Positions 12,266 through 26,730 of a stretch of DNA of 64,000 nucleotides are shown here, piece after piece. Source of the stretch: Mobula hypostoma (taxonomy: Eukaryota); NCBI RefSeq assembly GCF_963921235.1, contig NC_086109.1:4962001-5026000 (forward strand). The letters are read 5' to 3'. Position 1 is the stretch's first letter. Every line of letters starts with the position of its first letter. Below the pieces are notes generated by a model. It saw only the letters and a program-made list of their open reading frames with translations, was not told the DNA's origin and ran no database searches. The position numbers and the translations under genes are program-made.

Positions 12266-14999
12266 TGAGTTTATGGTTGGTTATTAAAAATGTTTTTCTT
12301 GACAAGCTGGCAATACTAATGTGGAGTTATTGAAGAATAATTAAGGGGTGTAATAAGTACAGTGACAGAACCAACAATATTGTGAGCACTTGCTGAGCCA
12401 AGGGTGAGATGTTAATGATAACTTATCCTCCTCTATTGTTGACTTAGTTATATTAACTGGGTTGAATCATTTAACTTTTTGCTTTTGATTAATTTAAACC
12501 ATGTATTTGGTTAATGAAGGCTTACGCTGAATTTAATTAGTAATTTGGTTTTTGTGAAAGCTTAGTTGCACTATCAGTTTCCTTGAACTGTAATCTGAGC
12601 CCGTTGTATTGCTGAACTACGTCTCTGGGTGCAGTGATATCTAGACATTCATTCGCTGAATGCTTTGAACTCTATGCCGGACCAGTGTTAGGAAGCCTAT
12701 AAGGGCTGCCTAGTCATTACTGGCAGTCTGGGATGCCTTTTCAGTCTCCTTTCCTTCCCTGAAGTGCCCTCTGCCTGGTCCGGCAGCACAGATTTTGAAT
12801 CTAGCTTTGTGGCACAGATGGGTTTAGTGAGTTGCTAGCCGGCGTGAAACTAAGTTGGTTCCTCACTGTAAATTCGCTTCCACTTTCGGAGAAATGCAAG
12901 GGATGTGCGTACTGCTCTTGTTTTTACATTATTTATTTTGTAATTCAGATTGAGATTTATTCATTGCAAGTACACTGAAACATGCAGTGAAATTGTTTGT
13001 TTTGTGGGTGTTGCTTTAAAAACGAACCTATCTTGAAACTAAATCGTATCCGTCCAAAATTCAAAATAAATTTATAATTAAAGTACATATATGTACTTTG
13101 ATTATAAACTCTGAGAGTCATTTTCCTGTGGGCAAACTCAATGAATCCAATAGCCATAATAGAATCAATGAAAGGCTGCACCACCAGGGTAAAGAAGACG
13201 ACAAACTGCACATTCAGTGTCTTATGAGGGAAGGCTGAGCAAGCTGGGGCTTTTCTCTTTGGAGAGACGAAAGATGAGAAGTGACTTCAAAACTCAAAGT
13301 AAGCTTATTATCAAAGTACAAATATTTCACCATATAAAACCCGGAAATTGGTTTTCTTGTGGGGATGCTCAGTAGGTCCAAGAACTATGGTGGAATCAGT
13401 GAAAGACTGCACCCAAAAGGGCAGACGACTAGTGAGTAAAAGAAAGCAAACTGAGCAAATACAAAAGAGAAAAAAAAAACAAGTAAGCGATAGATGTCGA
13501 GAGCATGAGATGAAGGCTCGTTGAACGTGAATCTACAGGTTGTGGGAACAGTTAAGGGATGTAGCGAGTGAGGTTGTCCCCTCTGGTTCAAGAGCCTGAT
13601 GGTTGAGGGGTGATAAGTGCTCCTGAACCTGGTGGTGTGTCCCGAGGCTCCTGTTCCTTCCATTTTCCATCTGATTTGACATTGTACTGTATAGCAGTCT
13701 GGACAACGAGTGCAACCTATGGATGTGCTTGGGGCAGCCTACAAGGGTCGCCACACATGCACGAATGTTGCACGTCCACACTGCTCAGCAGAGCAGCAAT
13801 AGCAACAGAAGAACATCAGCCAGAAAAACCCCTTTCTCTTCCTTCCTCCCGCTCGCACACAGACAGTCCAATAAACCCAGGGCTGCTGCTTTCAACATAC
13901 TGCTGTTGCAAAACATTAAAATTACTCTCATTAAAAACAATGATAAACTTGATTCTGTCCATCACTAAAGTACAAGCATAAATTATTCTGAGTCACAGAA
14001 GTTCAAGTTGGTTCTGAATGTCATTGGAATCTCACTTCCCCAGTGCCAGATAAAACTGTTGTTTAATGCAGCACCAATCTGTAAAGGTTATTGTGGTTTG
14101 AAGTTTAAAACCTGTGCTTGGGGACTCTGAATGCAACTGCACGGTAGAATTAACATCACAGGTTAATGGGCAATGAAGTGAAGCCACAAGAGATTCCAGA
14201 TGCTGGGATCTGGAGCAACATGCAAAATACTGGAGGAACTCACTCTGGAGGGAAATGGACAGCTGATATTTCAGATTGGGAACCTTCATTGGACCAGATG
14301 AAATAACCCTTCATAGTCCACATAACCCTTCATTAGTCCACAGAAAGCAAGGGTTCCCAACCTAGGGTCCACAGACCCCTTATCTAATGGCATTGCTCCA
14401 TGGTAGAAAAAAGGGTTGGGAACTCCTGACATAAAGGCTCTTGATCAAAAACAGTGATTGTCCATTCCTACCCCCCCCCCCCCCAACCCGGTGTAATGAA
14501 TTGAGAATATTATTTTTTAACGGGACATGTACCATATCAAATGGTCTGGTGCCTTATTTATAACTCAGCAGCTGAAGAGGTGGTGAAGGCAGCTGAGGTT
14601 TGGATAGAGTATTTAGGGCTGTGGGAAAGGTGAAGGGCTCTGTGATTTTCAGAGAGGAAATGAGTGATATGACTTTGAACGTGGAGCACCATGCTGTGAA
14701 ACATTTTGCTACTGAAACTCAAGCAGCCTCTTATTGTGTATTTGACTAAAACGCAGGTATAAAAGATGAATGTGTTTGTGTGGTTATGGATCAAAGGTTT
14801 CAAAGGTACTTTTAATGTCAGAGAAATGTATACAATATACATTCTGAAATGCTTAAGGAATTCAGGAAAAAGGATGCTAGTTATGAAGAGATCAGAGTCT
14901 TTGAAGATAGAGGTGGGTTGGAGGGATGGTAGATCCCCTCATCATTACATCGTTATAGATGCTGACTGATCTACTGAGTTCCTCTGGCAATTTGTGCAT

Positions 15000-15385
15000 T
15001 CATTTGTTCATTATGTGCCGTGTCGTAAGATGTGGGCGATCATGGTCTTTCTGTGTCCATGATTGTTCTTGGTAAATTGTTTCCCAGAAGTGGTTTGCCA
15101 TTGCCTTCTTCTGGGCAGTGTCTTTACAAGACGGGTGACCCCGGCCATTATCAATACTCTTCAGAGACTGTCAGCCTGGCGTCAGTGGTCACATAACCAG
15201 GACTTGTGATCTGCACCGGCTGCTCATACGACCATCCACCATCTGCTCCCATGGGTTCACATGACCCTGATCCGTGGGTGGGGAGGGCTAAACAGGTGCT
15301 ACACTCTGCCCCAGGGTGACCTGCAGGCTAGTGGAAGGAGGGAGCACCTCACACCTCCTTTTGTAGAGACATATCCCTCACCCCT
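15000..15385 (-). mobile_element. ~370 bp SINE family, possibly RTE-tailed; copies ~44260-44500, 47610-47960, 56020-56370, 63135-63410(+)
   Basis: Near-identical dispersed copies sharing CAGAAGTGGTTTGCCATTGCCTTC...CCCAAGGGTGACCTGCAGGCTAG and an (ATG)n-like tail. The RTE link is inference. Confidence 0.7.
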
Positions 15386-16989
15386 CTCCAGTCCACTGTG
15401 TAGAGTTTTAAACTGTCATGACGTGCTTCTGTCATGCTCTTTCATATACTTCCCTCACTTGGAGCAATTCCCACGTGGATTAGTTTAGGGAATTGGTCAG
15501 TCCTTTTGGCCATTATTAACAGCAAAGTTTATAATCAGATGTGCTAACACTTGTGAAATCCATTGCTTTGTACAGTGCCGAAGTACAATTATAAATTACA
15601 AGCAAAGTAGAAAGACTTGAGTAGTGAGGTAATGTTCTAGGTCCATGGGCTGTTCAGAAATGTGATAGCAGAGGCGAAGAAGCTGTTCCTGAATCGTTGG
15701 ATGTGAGTTTTCTGGCTCCTGTACCACCTCTTCGTTGATAGTGGTGAGAAGTGGCCGTGTCCCAGATGGTTAAGGTCCTTAGTGATGAATGCTGCCTTTT
15801 GAAGACGTCCTCGATGCGGGGAGGGTTGTGCCTGTGCTAGCTGAGTCTACAACCCCCGTACCTCCTGCGATCCTGTGCATTGGAGACTCTGTACCGGCCT
15901 GCGCTGCAGCAGTTAGAATGGTCTCCGCCGAGCTTCGTCCTGTGTTTCTGAATTAAATCCAACAGGGTACACCCAATTCTTCACTGTTAACTTGTGACTC
16001 TTAGACATTACAGGAAATGTGAGTGGTAATACCATAATTCTGATGACACAAGATTTCAAGCATTGTGAAACATCTACTATTAGTCGTACGCAATATGCAG
16101 GACCCAACACTGAATGCATGAACGTTGAGCTGAATCGAAGTTGCTTAGTTGGGACAATGGCATTCTGGTGTTGGATTACAGTCAGATAATTCCTTTGACT
16201 CTCTTTGTGGACTTCAGTTCAGAGTGCTATTTGCTTGTGTTTATTGTTTGCATGCTTTGGTTTTTTTTTCTGCACTCTGGGTGTATGATGGTCTTTTTTA
16301 ATGGGTTCTTTTGGGTTTCTTTGTTTTGTGGCTGCCTGTAAAGAGGCGAATCTCAAGGTTGTATAATGTATACATACTTTGATAATAAACGTTCACACTA
16401 TTTGTTATTATCTGATCAGGGATCCCAGTTCCGGCAGAGTCAAGTCAAAAGTACCGCAGTGGTTTTGTTTCCTCTGTTTGGTTCCCTTTCGGACTCCCCC
16501 CGCCACCAAACCTCTGGTTAGATCTATGCACAGCATATCAGTAGTCTGGGTGCAAATCATAAACACAGGAGATTCTGCAGATGCTGGAAATCCAGAGCAA
16601 CACACACAAAGTGCTGGAGGAACTCAGCAGTTCAGGGAGCATCTACGGAGAGGAATAAAGGGTCTCGGCACGTATTGACTGTTTATTCCTCTCCATGGTT
16701 GTTGCTGAGTTCCTCCAGCATTTTGTGTGCATCAAGTTCAAGTTCAGCTTATTGTCATCCAACTGTACACGTATACTGTCAAACAAAACAGTGATAGTCT
16801 GGACCAAGGTGCACAACACAGTATGTCTAACTCACACACATAATGCACAGCAACATTACAACAACAAATAATAAGGTGCATATTCAAGGCAAACACGAGG
16901 AAATCTGCAGATGCTGCGTTCACCAGCAACTTTTATGTGAGGTGCACATTCAATACAAGTTTTAAAAGTAAAAGTAAACCAGTGCTTAT

Positions 16990-17935
16990 ACATGATGAGA
17001 CTTGGAGGGTGGCAGGGAGTTCAGTAGCCTTGTGTCCTGGGGGAAGAAGCTGTTTCCCATCCTAACAGTTTTTGTGCTAATGATATGGTACCTCCTGCCT
17101 GATGGTAGGGGGTCAAAGGGATTGTTGGATGGATGGGAGGGATCATTGATAATGCTAAGGGCCCCGTGTATTCAGCCCTCCTGATAAATATCTCTGATGA
17201 GAAGAGAGACCCTGAAGATCCTCTCAGAAGCCCTCACAGTCCTTTGTAGAGACATGCAGGCAGGTGCCTTGTATTCCCGTACCAGACGGTGATGCAGTAA
17301 ACTCTCAATGGCGCTCCCATAAAAATTGGTTAAAATGTGAGGGAGGGGAGGAGAGCGCCACTGGCTTTAATCTCCTCTGGAAGTGGAGATGCCGCTGTGC
17401 AATCTTGATCAAAGAGGTGATGTTCAGGGACCAGGTGAGATTGTCTGTTATGTACGCTCCCAGAAACTTAGTTCTCCTAGTTCTCTCCACGGAGGAGTAG
17501 TGTGTGTGTAACAGAGGGGAGAGAGGGAGACAATGTGTGTGTAACAGAAGGGAGAGTGAGAGAGGGAGATGACGTGCAGTGCAGTGAGGAATGATCAGAC
17601 TGCACCTTCCTAAAGTCCACAATCATCTTTTTGGTCTTGTTCATGTTGAGACTCACCGTTGTGCTTGCACTATCTTACTAGCCGCTCTTCCTCCTCTCTG
17701 TATGCCACGTTGTCGTTGCTATTGATGAGGCCACCTACTGTTGTGTCATTGGCGAACTTGATGATTCCGTTTGTACTGGATTCAGCAGGGTAGTCATGTG
17801 TCAGCACCATGATCAGCAATGGATTGAACACATATTCCTGGGGGGCGCTGGTGCTCAGAGAGATGGAGCTAGAGATGTTTCAATCAACACGGACTGACTG
17901 TGGCCTTACGGTCAAGAAGTCAAGGATCCAGTTAC
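16990..17935 (-). mobile_element. Decayed Rex1/Babar LINE fragment
   Basis: Minus-strand peptide TKFLGAYITDNLTWSLNITSLIKIAQRHLHF; KFANDTT and APQEYV-like RT motifs. Confidence 0.75.
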
Positions 17936-18199
17936 AGATCAGTCTGTGTGCAAGGAGTTTTAAATCTGCAAATATTGTTTTGGTTCAAACAAGAGAATGG
18001 CGAAGTGGTCCTGAATGGGGCTGCTAGCAGAGAGAAGTGGGCCGAATGGAAGTTCTCTTTCCTGAATGGATCTTGAAATTAACAAGTCAGTGTTTGAATT
18101 TCTGACTTTGCCCTAGAAATTCGTGTTCTGGATTGGCAATTGGTTCAAAGTTGTCACATATCTGGAGTACAGTGGAGAAACCTTGTCTTGCCAAAATCA

Positions 18200-18650
18200 A
18201 GTTCAAGTCCTGCCTGAGCAAGGACCACCATCCGCTGCCACTTGCCTTTCGCCACAATAGATCCTCAACAGATGCAGTCTCACTGGCTCTCCACATGGCA
18301 TTGGATCACCCGGACATTCGAAATACCTACATTAATCTTGCTGTTCTGTATTGATTGAATACAGTTCAGAACTCAGCACCAATCTACCCTCAATACCGAT
18401 CAACAAGCTCCAAAACCTGGGCCTCTGCACCTCTCTCTGCAACTGGATCCTTAACTTCCTCATCGGGGAACCACAGCCACTGTGGATTGGAAAATAACAT
18501 CTCCTCACTGCCAGTCAGCACTGGTGCACCTCAAGGATATGCCTTATCCCATTGCCTTTCTCTCTCTACACCTGTGATTGTGTGGCTAGACACAGCTCAA
18601 ATTCCATCTACAAGTTTGCCGATGACACAACAATTGTTGGTAATAGTTAT
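18200..18650 (+). mobile_element. Decayed Rex1/Babar LINE RT fragment
   Basis: AFRHNRSSTDAVSLALHMALDH, STGAPQG, YKFADD motifs. Confidence 0.8.
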
Positions 18651-18984
18651 ATATTTCTTACTGTAAGTTAAGTTTTCTTGTGCATTGCAGTGTACTGCTG
18701 CCATAACACAACAAATTTCATGACATATGCGATTGATATTAAATCTGAATCTGATTCTGGTCAATCAGACAGATGGGAATCACAAACATGAGATTCTGAA
18801 GATGCTGGAAATCCAAAGCAACACACAAAAATGCTGGAGGAACTCAGCAGGTCATGCAACATTTTTCGAAATGAACAAGCAGTTAATGTTTTGGGCCTAG
18901 ACCCTTCTTCAGGAGTGGGAAGGAACAGGAGAAATGACAGTAAGAAAGTGGAGGGAGTGGAAGTAAGAATTGAAATGGATGGCC

Positions 18985-19680
18985 ACCTTGCGATCGCCTT
19001 GAGAGTTGGTGACAGCTTCACCGAACGCCTTCACTGTCCGACACAAAAAGTGGGATCTCCTAGTAGCCACTCATTTCAATTCTACTTCCCATTCCCATTC
19101 CAACATGTCAGTCCATGGCCACCTCCACTGCCAGGATGAAGCCACACTCAGGTTGCTTTATACTTTATTGTGGCCAAACAATTGATACTAGAACATACAA
19201 TCATCACAGCGATATTTGATTCTGCGCTTCCCGCTCCCTGGAGTACAAAGGTTGGAGCAGTAACACCTTGTATTCTGTCTGGGTAGCCTCCAACCTGATG
19301 GCATGAGCATCGATTTTCTCGAACATCTGGTAAATGCCCTCCTCCTCTCCTTCTCCATTCCCCATTCCCATTTTTTTCTCTCTCACCTTATCCCCTTACC
19401 AGCCCATCACGTCCTTCTGGTGCTCCTCTTTCTTCCATAATCTTCTGTTCTCTCCTATCAGATTCATCTTTCTCCAGCCCTTTATCTCTTTCACCAATTG
19501 ACTTCCTAGCTCTTTACTTCACCCCTCCCGCCCCAGATTCACCTATCATCTGACACCTTGTAGATTTTCCTCCCCTGCCTCACCTCCTTACTCTGACTTC
19601 TCTCCTTCCTTTCCTGATGAAACGTCATGGCCCGGAACGCCCTTTCCATAGATGTTGCCTGACCTGCTGAGCTCCTCAAC
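18985..19680 (+). mobile_element. Penelope-like retroelement 3' remnant (GIY-YIG endonuclease C-terminus plus terminal repeat), split by a ~95 bp LINE tail with AGGTTG duplication
   Basis: Translates, with frameshifts, as GDSFTERL...LVATHFNSTSHSHSNMSVHGHLHCQDEATLRL...HLVFCLGSLQPDGMSIDFS, typical of the Penelope GIY-YIG C-terminal region. Confidence 0.8.
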
Positions 19681-21769
19681 ATCAGAATCAGATTTATTAT
19701 CATGGACATAGATGATGTGAAAATCGTTTCTCAGCGGCAGTGCAGTGCAAATATGTAAAACCACTTTAAGTTATAAACATTAATAATACAGAAGATTAGG
19801 CAGTATTCACGGACCATTCAGAAAGATGATGTCAGATGGCCATGTACAAGTACATCAAAGTAGATTTGTTAACAGAGTCCATACATATCACCATATACAA
19901 CCCTGAGATTCACTTTCTTGTGGGCATACTTAATAAATTCATGGAATACGAACCGTAACAGAATCAATGAAAGACTGCCCAACTGGGATGTTCAACCCAG
20001 AGTGTAAAAGTCAACGAACTCTGCAAATACAGAAAGAAAGAAATAATAATAATACATAAATAAGCAATAAATATCGAGAGCATGAGTTGAAGAGTCCTCG
20101 GAAGTGAACTTTGGTTCAGTGATGGGGCAAGTGAAGATGAATGACATTACCCCCTCTGGTTCAAGAGCCTGATGGTTGAGGGATAATAACCTGGTGGCAT
20201 GAGTCCTGAGGCTCCTGCACCAGCTTCCCGATGGCAACAGTGAGAAGAGAGGGTTAAGCGAAAGAAAAACCTGTGGTGGTTTATGTAAAACAACAGAATC
20301 CACAATATAGTGTTGATACGAAGAAAGTGCGGTGCAGGTAGACGATGTGAAAGGGTTATGATGAGGAGATGAAGAGTATACCTTTCACAAGAAGATATCC
20401 ATTCTGGTGTCTGATAATAGTTGGATAAAAGCTGTCCTTGAGTCTGGTATCCAGGTCATCTTCAACAAGTGATGCCTTAGCAAGGCAGGGTCTGTCATTA
20501 AAGACCTCCATTACCCAGGACATATTGCCATCAGGAAGGAGGTACAGGAGCCTAAAGGCACCCACTCAACAATTCAGGAACAGCTTCTTCACCTCTGCCA
20601 TCCAATTTCTGAATGGACATTGAACCCACGAACACTACCTCACTACTTTTTATTTCCTTTTTTTGCACTACTTACTTCATTTAACTGTTTAATATCTATA
20701 AGTAACATATGACATGGTATATCACCGGAATATCTTGTGATATTAGTTAACTTTGCAGCAGTAGTACAATGCAATACGTGATAACAGGGAGAAAAAAGCT
20801 GTGAATTACAGTAAGTAATTCACATCTGCCAGTGCTATTAAACCCAATTCTGGATGGTAAACGTTCTCAATATTCTGCATGATGGGGGTGGGGAGAGGGG
20901 ATTGTGAAGGGTGTGAGGGGATGCTTGTTTAAATTAGCTGCTGGAAAGTGTTAACAATGCTCAGTGCAGGTGTGGTTAGTTATCTGATGGACTAGGTTGT
21001 ACTCACAGCACCCCCTAATCTCTTGCTGCATTCTCTTGCTGTGACGGCACTTCCAAATATTTCATAATAGATATCTTGTTTTGGAAAACAGTGATCTTTT
21101 TTCTCAATTCTGAAAATGTGGAAGAACCTGTTTCTCTGGTGCTGTCGGTGACGCACTAGGTATCTCCTGTAGCTTCATCAGTCACTGCCTGAGGTGCAAT
21201 GTCAGAAAATGGCTGAGGTGTAGTACACACAAAATGCTGGAGGAAATGGGCGGTCAGGCACCATCTTTGGGGGAGAATAAACAGTCAGTTGCTTCTCCAG
21301 ACTCTACTGCTGAAGCTCGCCAATCCTCGATCCATGAGCTGAGAGGTTGGTTGGCATTGTCTCAGTGGTGGGGCGGGGTGGGGTGGGTGTGGAAGCACTT
21401 TCAGAGAAGGTGAGATCAGTCTGAAGAGTTGAGGATGGGGTGTCAATCTACTTGTTTCTGTGGGTGGAACAATGCATTATAACTTGCCTGTGGTCGAGGA
21501 CACTGTAATCAATGAAGAGCACTCTTGCCCATTTGCAGCCAAGAGAAGATTATTGGTTTGAGCAAACCGGTGCTGGCTTTTATAACAAACAGCAAGTACA
21601 CTGTACCTTTTGCAGAAATCCTGTGCAGAATTCTGGAAAATTCAAGTAGTAGTCTGAAAATTGCAGTCTGATTATTGCGGTATTGTATTGAATATGTAGT
21701 ATGCTGGAGTGTGTAAGAAATTGTCTGATTAGACTCTGAGTGACAAAGAAGCACCCCGTATTTTCTTTG

Positions 21770-22385
21770 AGGTTTGCAGAGATTTGCCATGTCACCAAAA
21801 ACTTTGACAAACTTCTGTAGATGCACAGTGGAGTGTATCCTGCCTCAATGCATCATGGTCTGGAAAAGAAACACCGATATCCAGGAATGGGAAAGGCTAC
21901 AGACGGTGGTGGCTGCAGCCCAGTCCATCTCAGACAAAGCCCTCCCCACCACTGAGCACATTAACATGGAGGCTCTGCTACAGGAAAGCAGCATCCATTA
22001 TCGAGGACCTTTATCAAAGCCATGCTCTCTTCTCGCTACTACCACCGGCAGGAGGGTACAGAAGCATCAGATCCCACACCACCAGGTTCAGGAACAGTTA
22101 TTACCCTACAACTATCAGTCTCCTGAACTGGCGTGGGTAACTTCACTCGCCACTGCCTTGAACCGCTTCTACAAGCAACTTTCAAGAACTCATTACAACT
22201 CTGACTTTCAGTATTATTTTTATTTGCATAATTGGTCAACTTTGCACGTTGTTAGTCAGTCTTTGTTTGTAGTAAATTCTACTGTATTTCTTTATTTTCC
22301 TGAAAATGCCTGCAAGAAAATGAATTTCCGTGTAGTGTATGGGACATGTACACTGTATACTCATATAATACATTTCCTCTGAACT
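21770..22385 (+). mobile_element. Rex1/Babar LINE 3' fragment; shorter related pieces at ~13290-13640, 19860-20250, 49470-50040, 59850-60430 and 61430-62460
   Basis: MSPKTLTNFCRCTVECIL...ERLQTVV peptide and shared 3' UTR ending (TTTGAAC)n. Confidence 0.75.
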
Positions 22386-22394
22386 TTGAATGCT

Positions 22395-22739
22395 TTGAAA
22401 AAATTACTTATAATTTAAGAGATAAATATGATACATTCTTGAATATTTGGCACCCTTATTTACAAAGATAGGGTGGTATATATAGGTGCTGCGAGGATAA
22501 AGATGTTGGTCCTTTGGGGAAAGAAACAAATACATATATTAAATTTATTTTGAATCCCATGGAGCATGTGGAGACCTTCCAATATCCAGGCGGTCTTTCT
22601 TTCTTTTTTTTCTCTTTTTCTTTCTTTTCTTTTAGGTAGGGGTATGTATCAAGGGGAGGGGTTAAGGGGAGGGGGGAGGGTAGATATTATTATTCCATGT
22701 AACCAAGTTTGAAAACTAAATTAAAATTTATTTAAAAAA
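22395..22739 (+). mobile_element. L1-clade LINE extreme 3' end with A-rich tail
   Basis: EKITYNLRDKYDTFLNIWHPYLQ, an L1 ORF2 C-terminal-like peptide; G-rich tract; A tail. Confidence 0.65.
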
Positions 22740-25700
22740 ATAGGCTTGTTATGAGTCAGTCTTTCATGTTTACCTGTATTTTAAAATTGTCTTTACGTAT
22801 CTAGATGTTGGCAAAAACAGCGAGAGATTCTCAGTGGGTGAGGCCCTAGATCCAGGTAGTGACTTGCTGTATCTCCAAAGCCACTTGATGTCCTCAAACA
22901 ATATGAGGCATTGTTAACCGAGCTTGTTGGTTAGGTTGGTATTTCCTCAAGTATGAGATAAGGGATGGTCTGACTGAAGAACTTGTTGTTCTCAGGGTGG
23001 GGACAAAGAAATGGAGCCAGCGTAACCATCATAATGGGTGACCAAAGGAACTACCTGGAATGTTGTAACTGTCTAGTGTTGCTCTTTCCCAGAAATATGA
23101 AGGAATAATAAAAATGTCTAAGAAATATAAACATGAAGGATTCTGTTATTTTTGTCCCTTTTTTTTATTGAGTTCTTTATGCTTATTGTCCCGATGAAGG
23201 GTCTCAGCTCTTTCCTCTTTTGCATAGATGCTGTCTGAACTGCTGAGTTCCTCCAGCATTTTGCGTGACTTCCAGCATCTGCAGATTTTCTCGAGTTTGT
23301 TATGGTTATTGTGTTTTTTTTCCTCATGCTGGATCGGATCCAGAGTAAAATTGTGTTCTCCTTTGTACTCATGAACTGAAGAATAACAATAAACAATCTT
23401 GAATTTTGAGATGCTGGCAATCCAGAGCAACACACACAAAAATGCTGGAGGAACTCAGCAGGTCAAGTAACATCTATGGAGGGGAATAAACCCTCCATTG
23501 TCCTGATGAGGGGGTCTTGGCCCGAGCTGAAACATCGACCGTTTATTCCATAGATGCTGCCTGAGTTCCTCTAGCATTTTGAGTGTTACTGTTGCCAAAA
23601 GACTTGCAAACTGCAAAATCTCTGGGGGTTTTTTTGATGTGAGAGTGGTAAGGGATATGAAATCAAGGTGGATTTAAACTGCAGATCGGCCACAAATAGC
23701 CAAACGGGCTTTTTAGAGTGTGGCCATTCCCAGTTCCTGTAAAAGGATTGAAACTGGAGTAATGGCCTCTTTAAGTCAAACCTGCTGTTACTGGCAGGGA
23801 CTGTTACCCTTTGTAATTGAAGCTTACCAATTCCTGTACACCCCTTCCATCCCCATCTCCAGAACTAAACTTTCAGATTCGTATACTTATCATATGTACA
23901 TTGAAACATACAGGTCAACCCCACTCTCCCACCCCCGTCTCCACTCCAGAGGAAACAATTCAAGTTGTCCAACCTCTTGTAGTTCATGGCCTTCAATGCA
24001 GACAACATATGGTTAAACCTTTTCTGCACCCTTTCCAAAGCCTCCGCATTTTTTCTGTAACGTGCAGACCAGAGCCGCAGCTGATACTCCAATTCTCGCC
24101 CAACCAAAGTCTTACAAAACTGCAACACGACTTCCCAATTTTCTGCTTTGTACTTAAGGCATGCTGTCTGCTTTATCCACCCTACATGTGCAAATTTCAG
24201 GGAGCTGTGGAAATAGACTTAGAACTAATGTAAAACTAACTCCCTGGAAGCATTGACTGAAATTCCAGCAATACCAGATCGATACAATTTTTTTTAACCT
24301 TGTTTACCACATTTCAGAAATGACATTAAAATTAAGAAATTAAAATGATGTGGAAGTTGGCTGGACATCTGTTGTTTCAAAGAGCTACAGTTTGGTTGAA
24401 ACTGCTGTCCGCTGCTCTGTGCACTCTGACAGCATCTGGACTCCTTTGTGGAAGCTGCAGCATGGCAAGGGTTAAGACAATGTCCACGCAAGGATAGTTT
24501 ACAGATAGTGTGCAGTCTTTGAAGAACGTAGATTCCCTTTGCACAGCAGGGGAACGGAGTCATTTGTCATACCAAAACAAAATAAGGATGTAAGCAAAGG
24601 ACTCCTGGGTCAGTTACTTTACTGAAGTATTATTGGCCTTTAATGTGTATATTCTATTGGTTATTTATACTGGTATTACTGTTGTGTGATTGATCATGCA
24701 AGTAAGGAATTTGAGCTTTCACAAAGTTACCAATTGGTCAATACCTGTATCCAACTAGTGAATAGCTGTATTTTTAAAAATAAGCCATTTCTTTGTTCAA
24801 ACTTCAGAACATTTTGGTTCTGGGGCTGAGCTGTTTTTGTTCCTTAATCATATTTTATTTGTGCACAAGTATGAGTTTTCAGAGTCAAGTTAATCAGCAA
24901 CAACAGCGGGTGAGATCAGTCCTTGGAGGAAGGGGGCTGCAGGGTATGAGGTACTGGGGCTGCTGGGATCTCGTTTCAAAAGGTCAGTGCACACTAGATG
25001 GACCAAGTGGCCTCCTAGCTGCTATGCTAGTCCATGAATATTATCTATATGAATATAATTCTCCGTTCTCTTCTGATTTGCGGGCATATTCTTGTCCTTG
25101 CCATCAGGAGGGGTGGACTTGGTGTTGCTGGCATTGATAAATCGGACATAGTTCAGAGAGGTGAGTGTGAGGCATTTCAGTTTGCCCTCTTGTTTGAGGG
25201 AGTCTGAGGCCAGTGAGACAAAGAGCAGGAAAGGGATTTAAGGATCATTTCAATCGCAAAGGGTAAAGTTGGATACAGGGGAGACACGGTAACATAATGG
25301 TTAGCACAACGTTTTATAGTACCAGCGACCCGGGTATGTTCTCCCTGCATTTATATGTTTTTGTGTGCATTTCCTCCCATAATCCAAAGACGTACCAGTT
25401 GGTAGGTTAATTGGTCATTGTAAATTGTCCCATGATTAGGCTAGGATTAAATCAGGGGTTTCTGGGCCATGAGACTAGAAGAACCAGAAGGATCTATTCT
25501 GTGCTGTGTTTCAATAAGTAAAAATCTGAGTTCTGCTCAACTTTTGTGCCGAGGGAGAATATTTAAGTCTGAGTGATGGCTCAGGCAAGTTATTCAGAGG
25601 TGGGTAAATTGGTTTAATTTTGTCACGTGTACCAAAGTACTGTGGACAAACCTGTCTGTCTTCCTGTCATACACATCAATTTATTGCAACAGTTCGCTGA

Positions 25701-25969
25701 CACAGTACAAGGGAAATCAACAGCAGAATGTGGAATGAAGTGTCACAGTTATGTGAAGTGCAGTGCAGATACACAATAAGGGGCAAGATCATAATGAGGT
25801 GGGTACCTTATCGTACCAGGGCACCGTTTAGTAATTTTCTAACAGCAGGGTAGAAGCTGTCCTTGCAACTGGTGGTATCTGCTTTCAGGCCCAGCTAAAG
25901 AGGGGAGAAGATATGTCAATTAGTGTATAATGGCAGAATATAGGTAGGTCAAAATTGATGGCAGAATAT

Positions 25970-26730
25970 TGTAGGGCAAATATGATGGCAGAATATAGCA
26001 TTAATGGTAAGACTCTTGGCAGTGTGGAGGATCAGAGGGATCTTGGGGTCCGAGCCCAAAGGACACTCAAAGCTGCTTCGCAGGTTGACTCTGTGGTTAA
26101 GAAGGCGTACGGTGCATTGGCCTTCATCAATAGTGGGATTGAGTTTAAGAGCTGAGAGGTAATGTTGCAGCAATATAGGACCCTGGTCAGACCCCACTTG
26201 GAGTACTGTGCTCTGTTCTGGTTGCCTCACTACAGGAAGGACGTGGAAACTATAGAAAGGGTGCAAAGGAGATTTACAAGGATGTTGTCTGGATTGGGGA
26301 GCATGCCTTATGAGAATAGGTTGAGTGAACTCGGCCTTTTCTCCTTGGAGCGAAGGAGGATGAGAGGTGACCTGATAGAGGTGTACAAGATAATGAGAGG
26401 CATTGATCATGTGGTTAGTCAGAGGCTTTTTCCCAAGGCTGAAATGTCTAACACGAGAGGGCACAGTCTTAAGGTGCTTGGAAGTAGGTACAGAGGAGAT
26501 GTCAGGGGTAAGTTTTTTAACGCAGAGAGTGGTGAGTGCGTGGAATGGGCCGCTGGCGGTGATGAAGGTGGAAACGATAGGGTCTTTTAAGAGACTCCTG
26601 GATAGATACAAGGAGCTTAGAAAAATAGAGGGCTATAGGTAAGCCTAGGTAGCTCGAAGGTGAGGACATGTTTGGCACAGCTTTGTGGGCCAAAGGGCCT
26701 GTATTGTGCTGTAGGGTTTCTATGTTTCTA
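25970..26730 (+). mobile_element. CR1 LINE 3' fragment, relatively young
   Basis: QRDLGV, YRTLVRPHLEYC, LFSLERRRMRGDLIEVYKIMRG, TRGHSLKV; (TTCTATG) tail. Confidence 0.9.
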
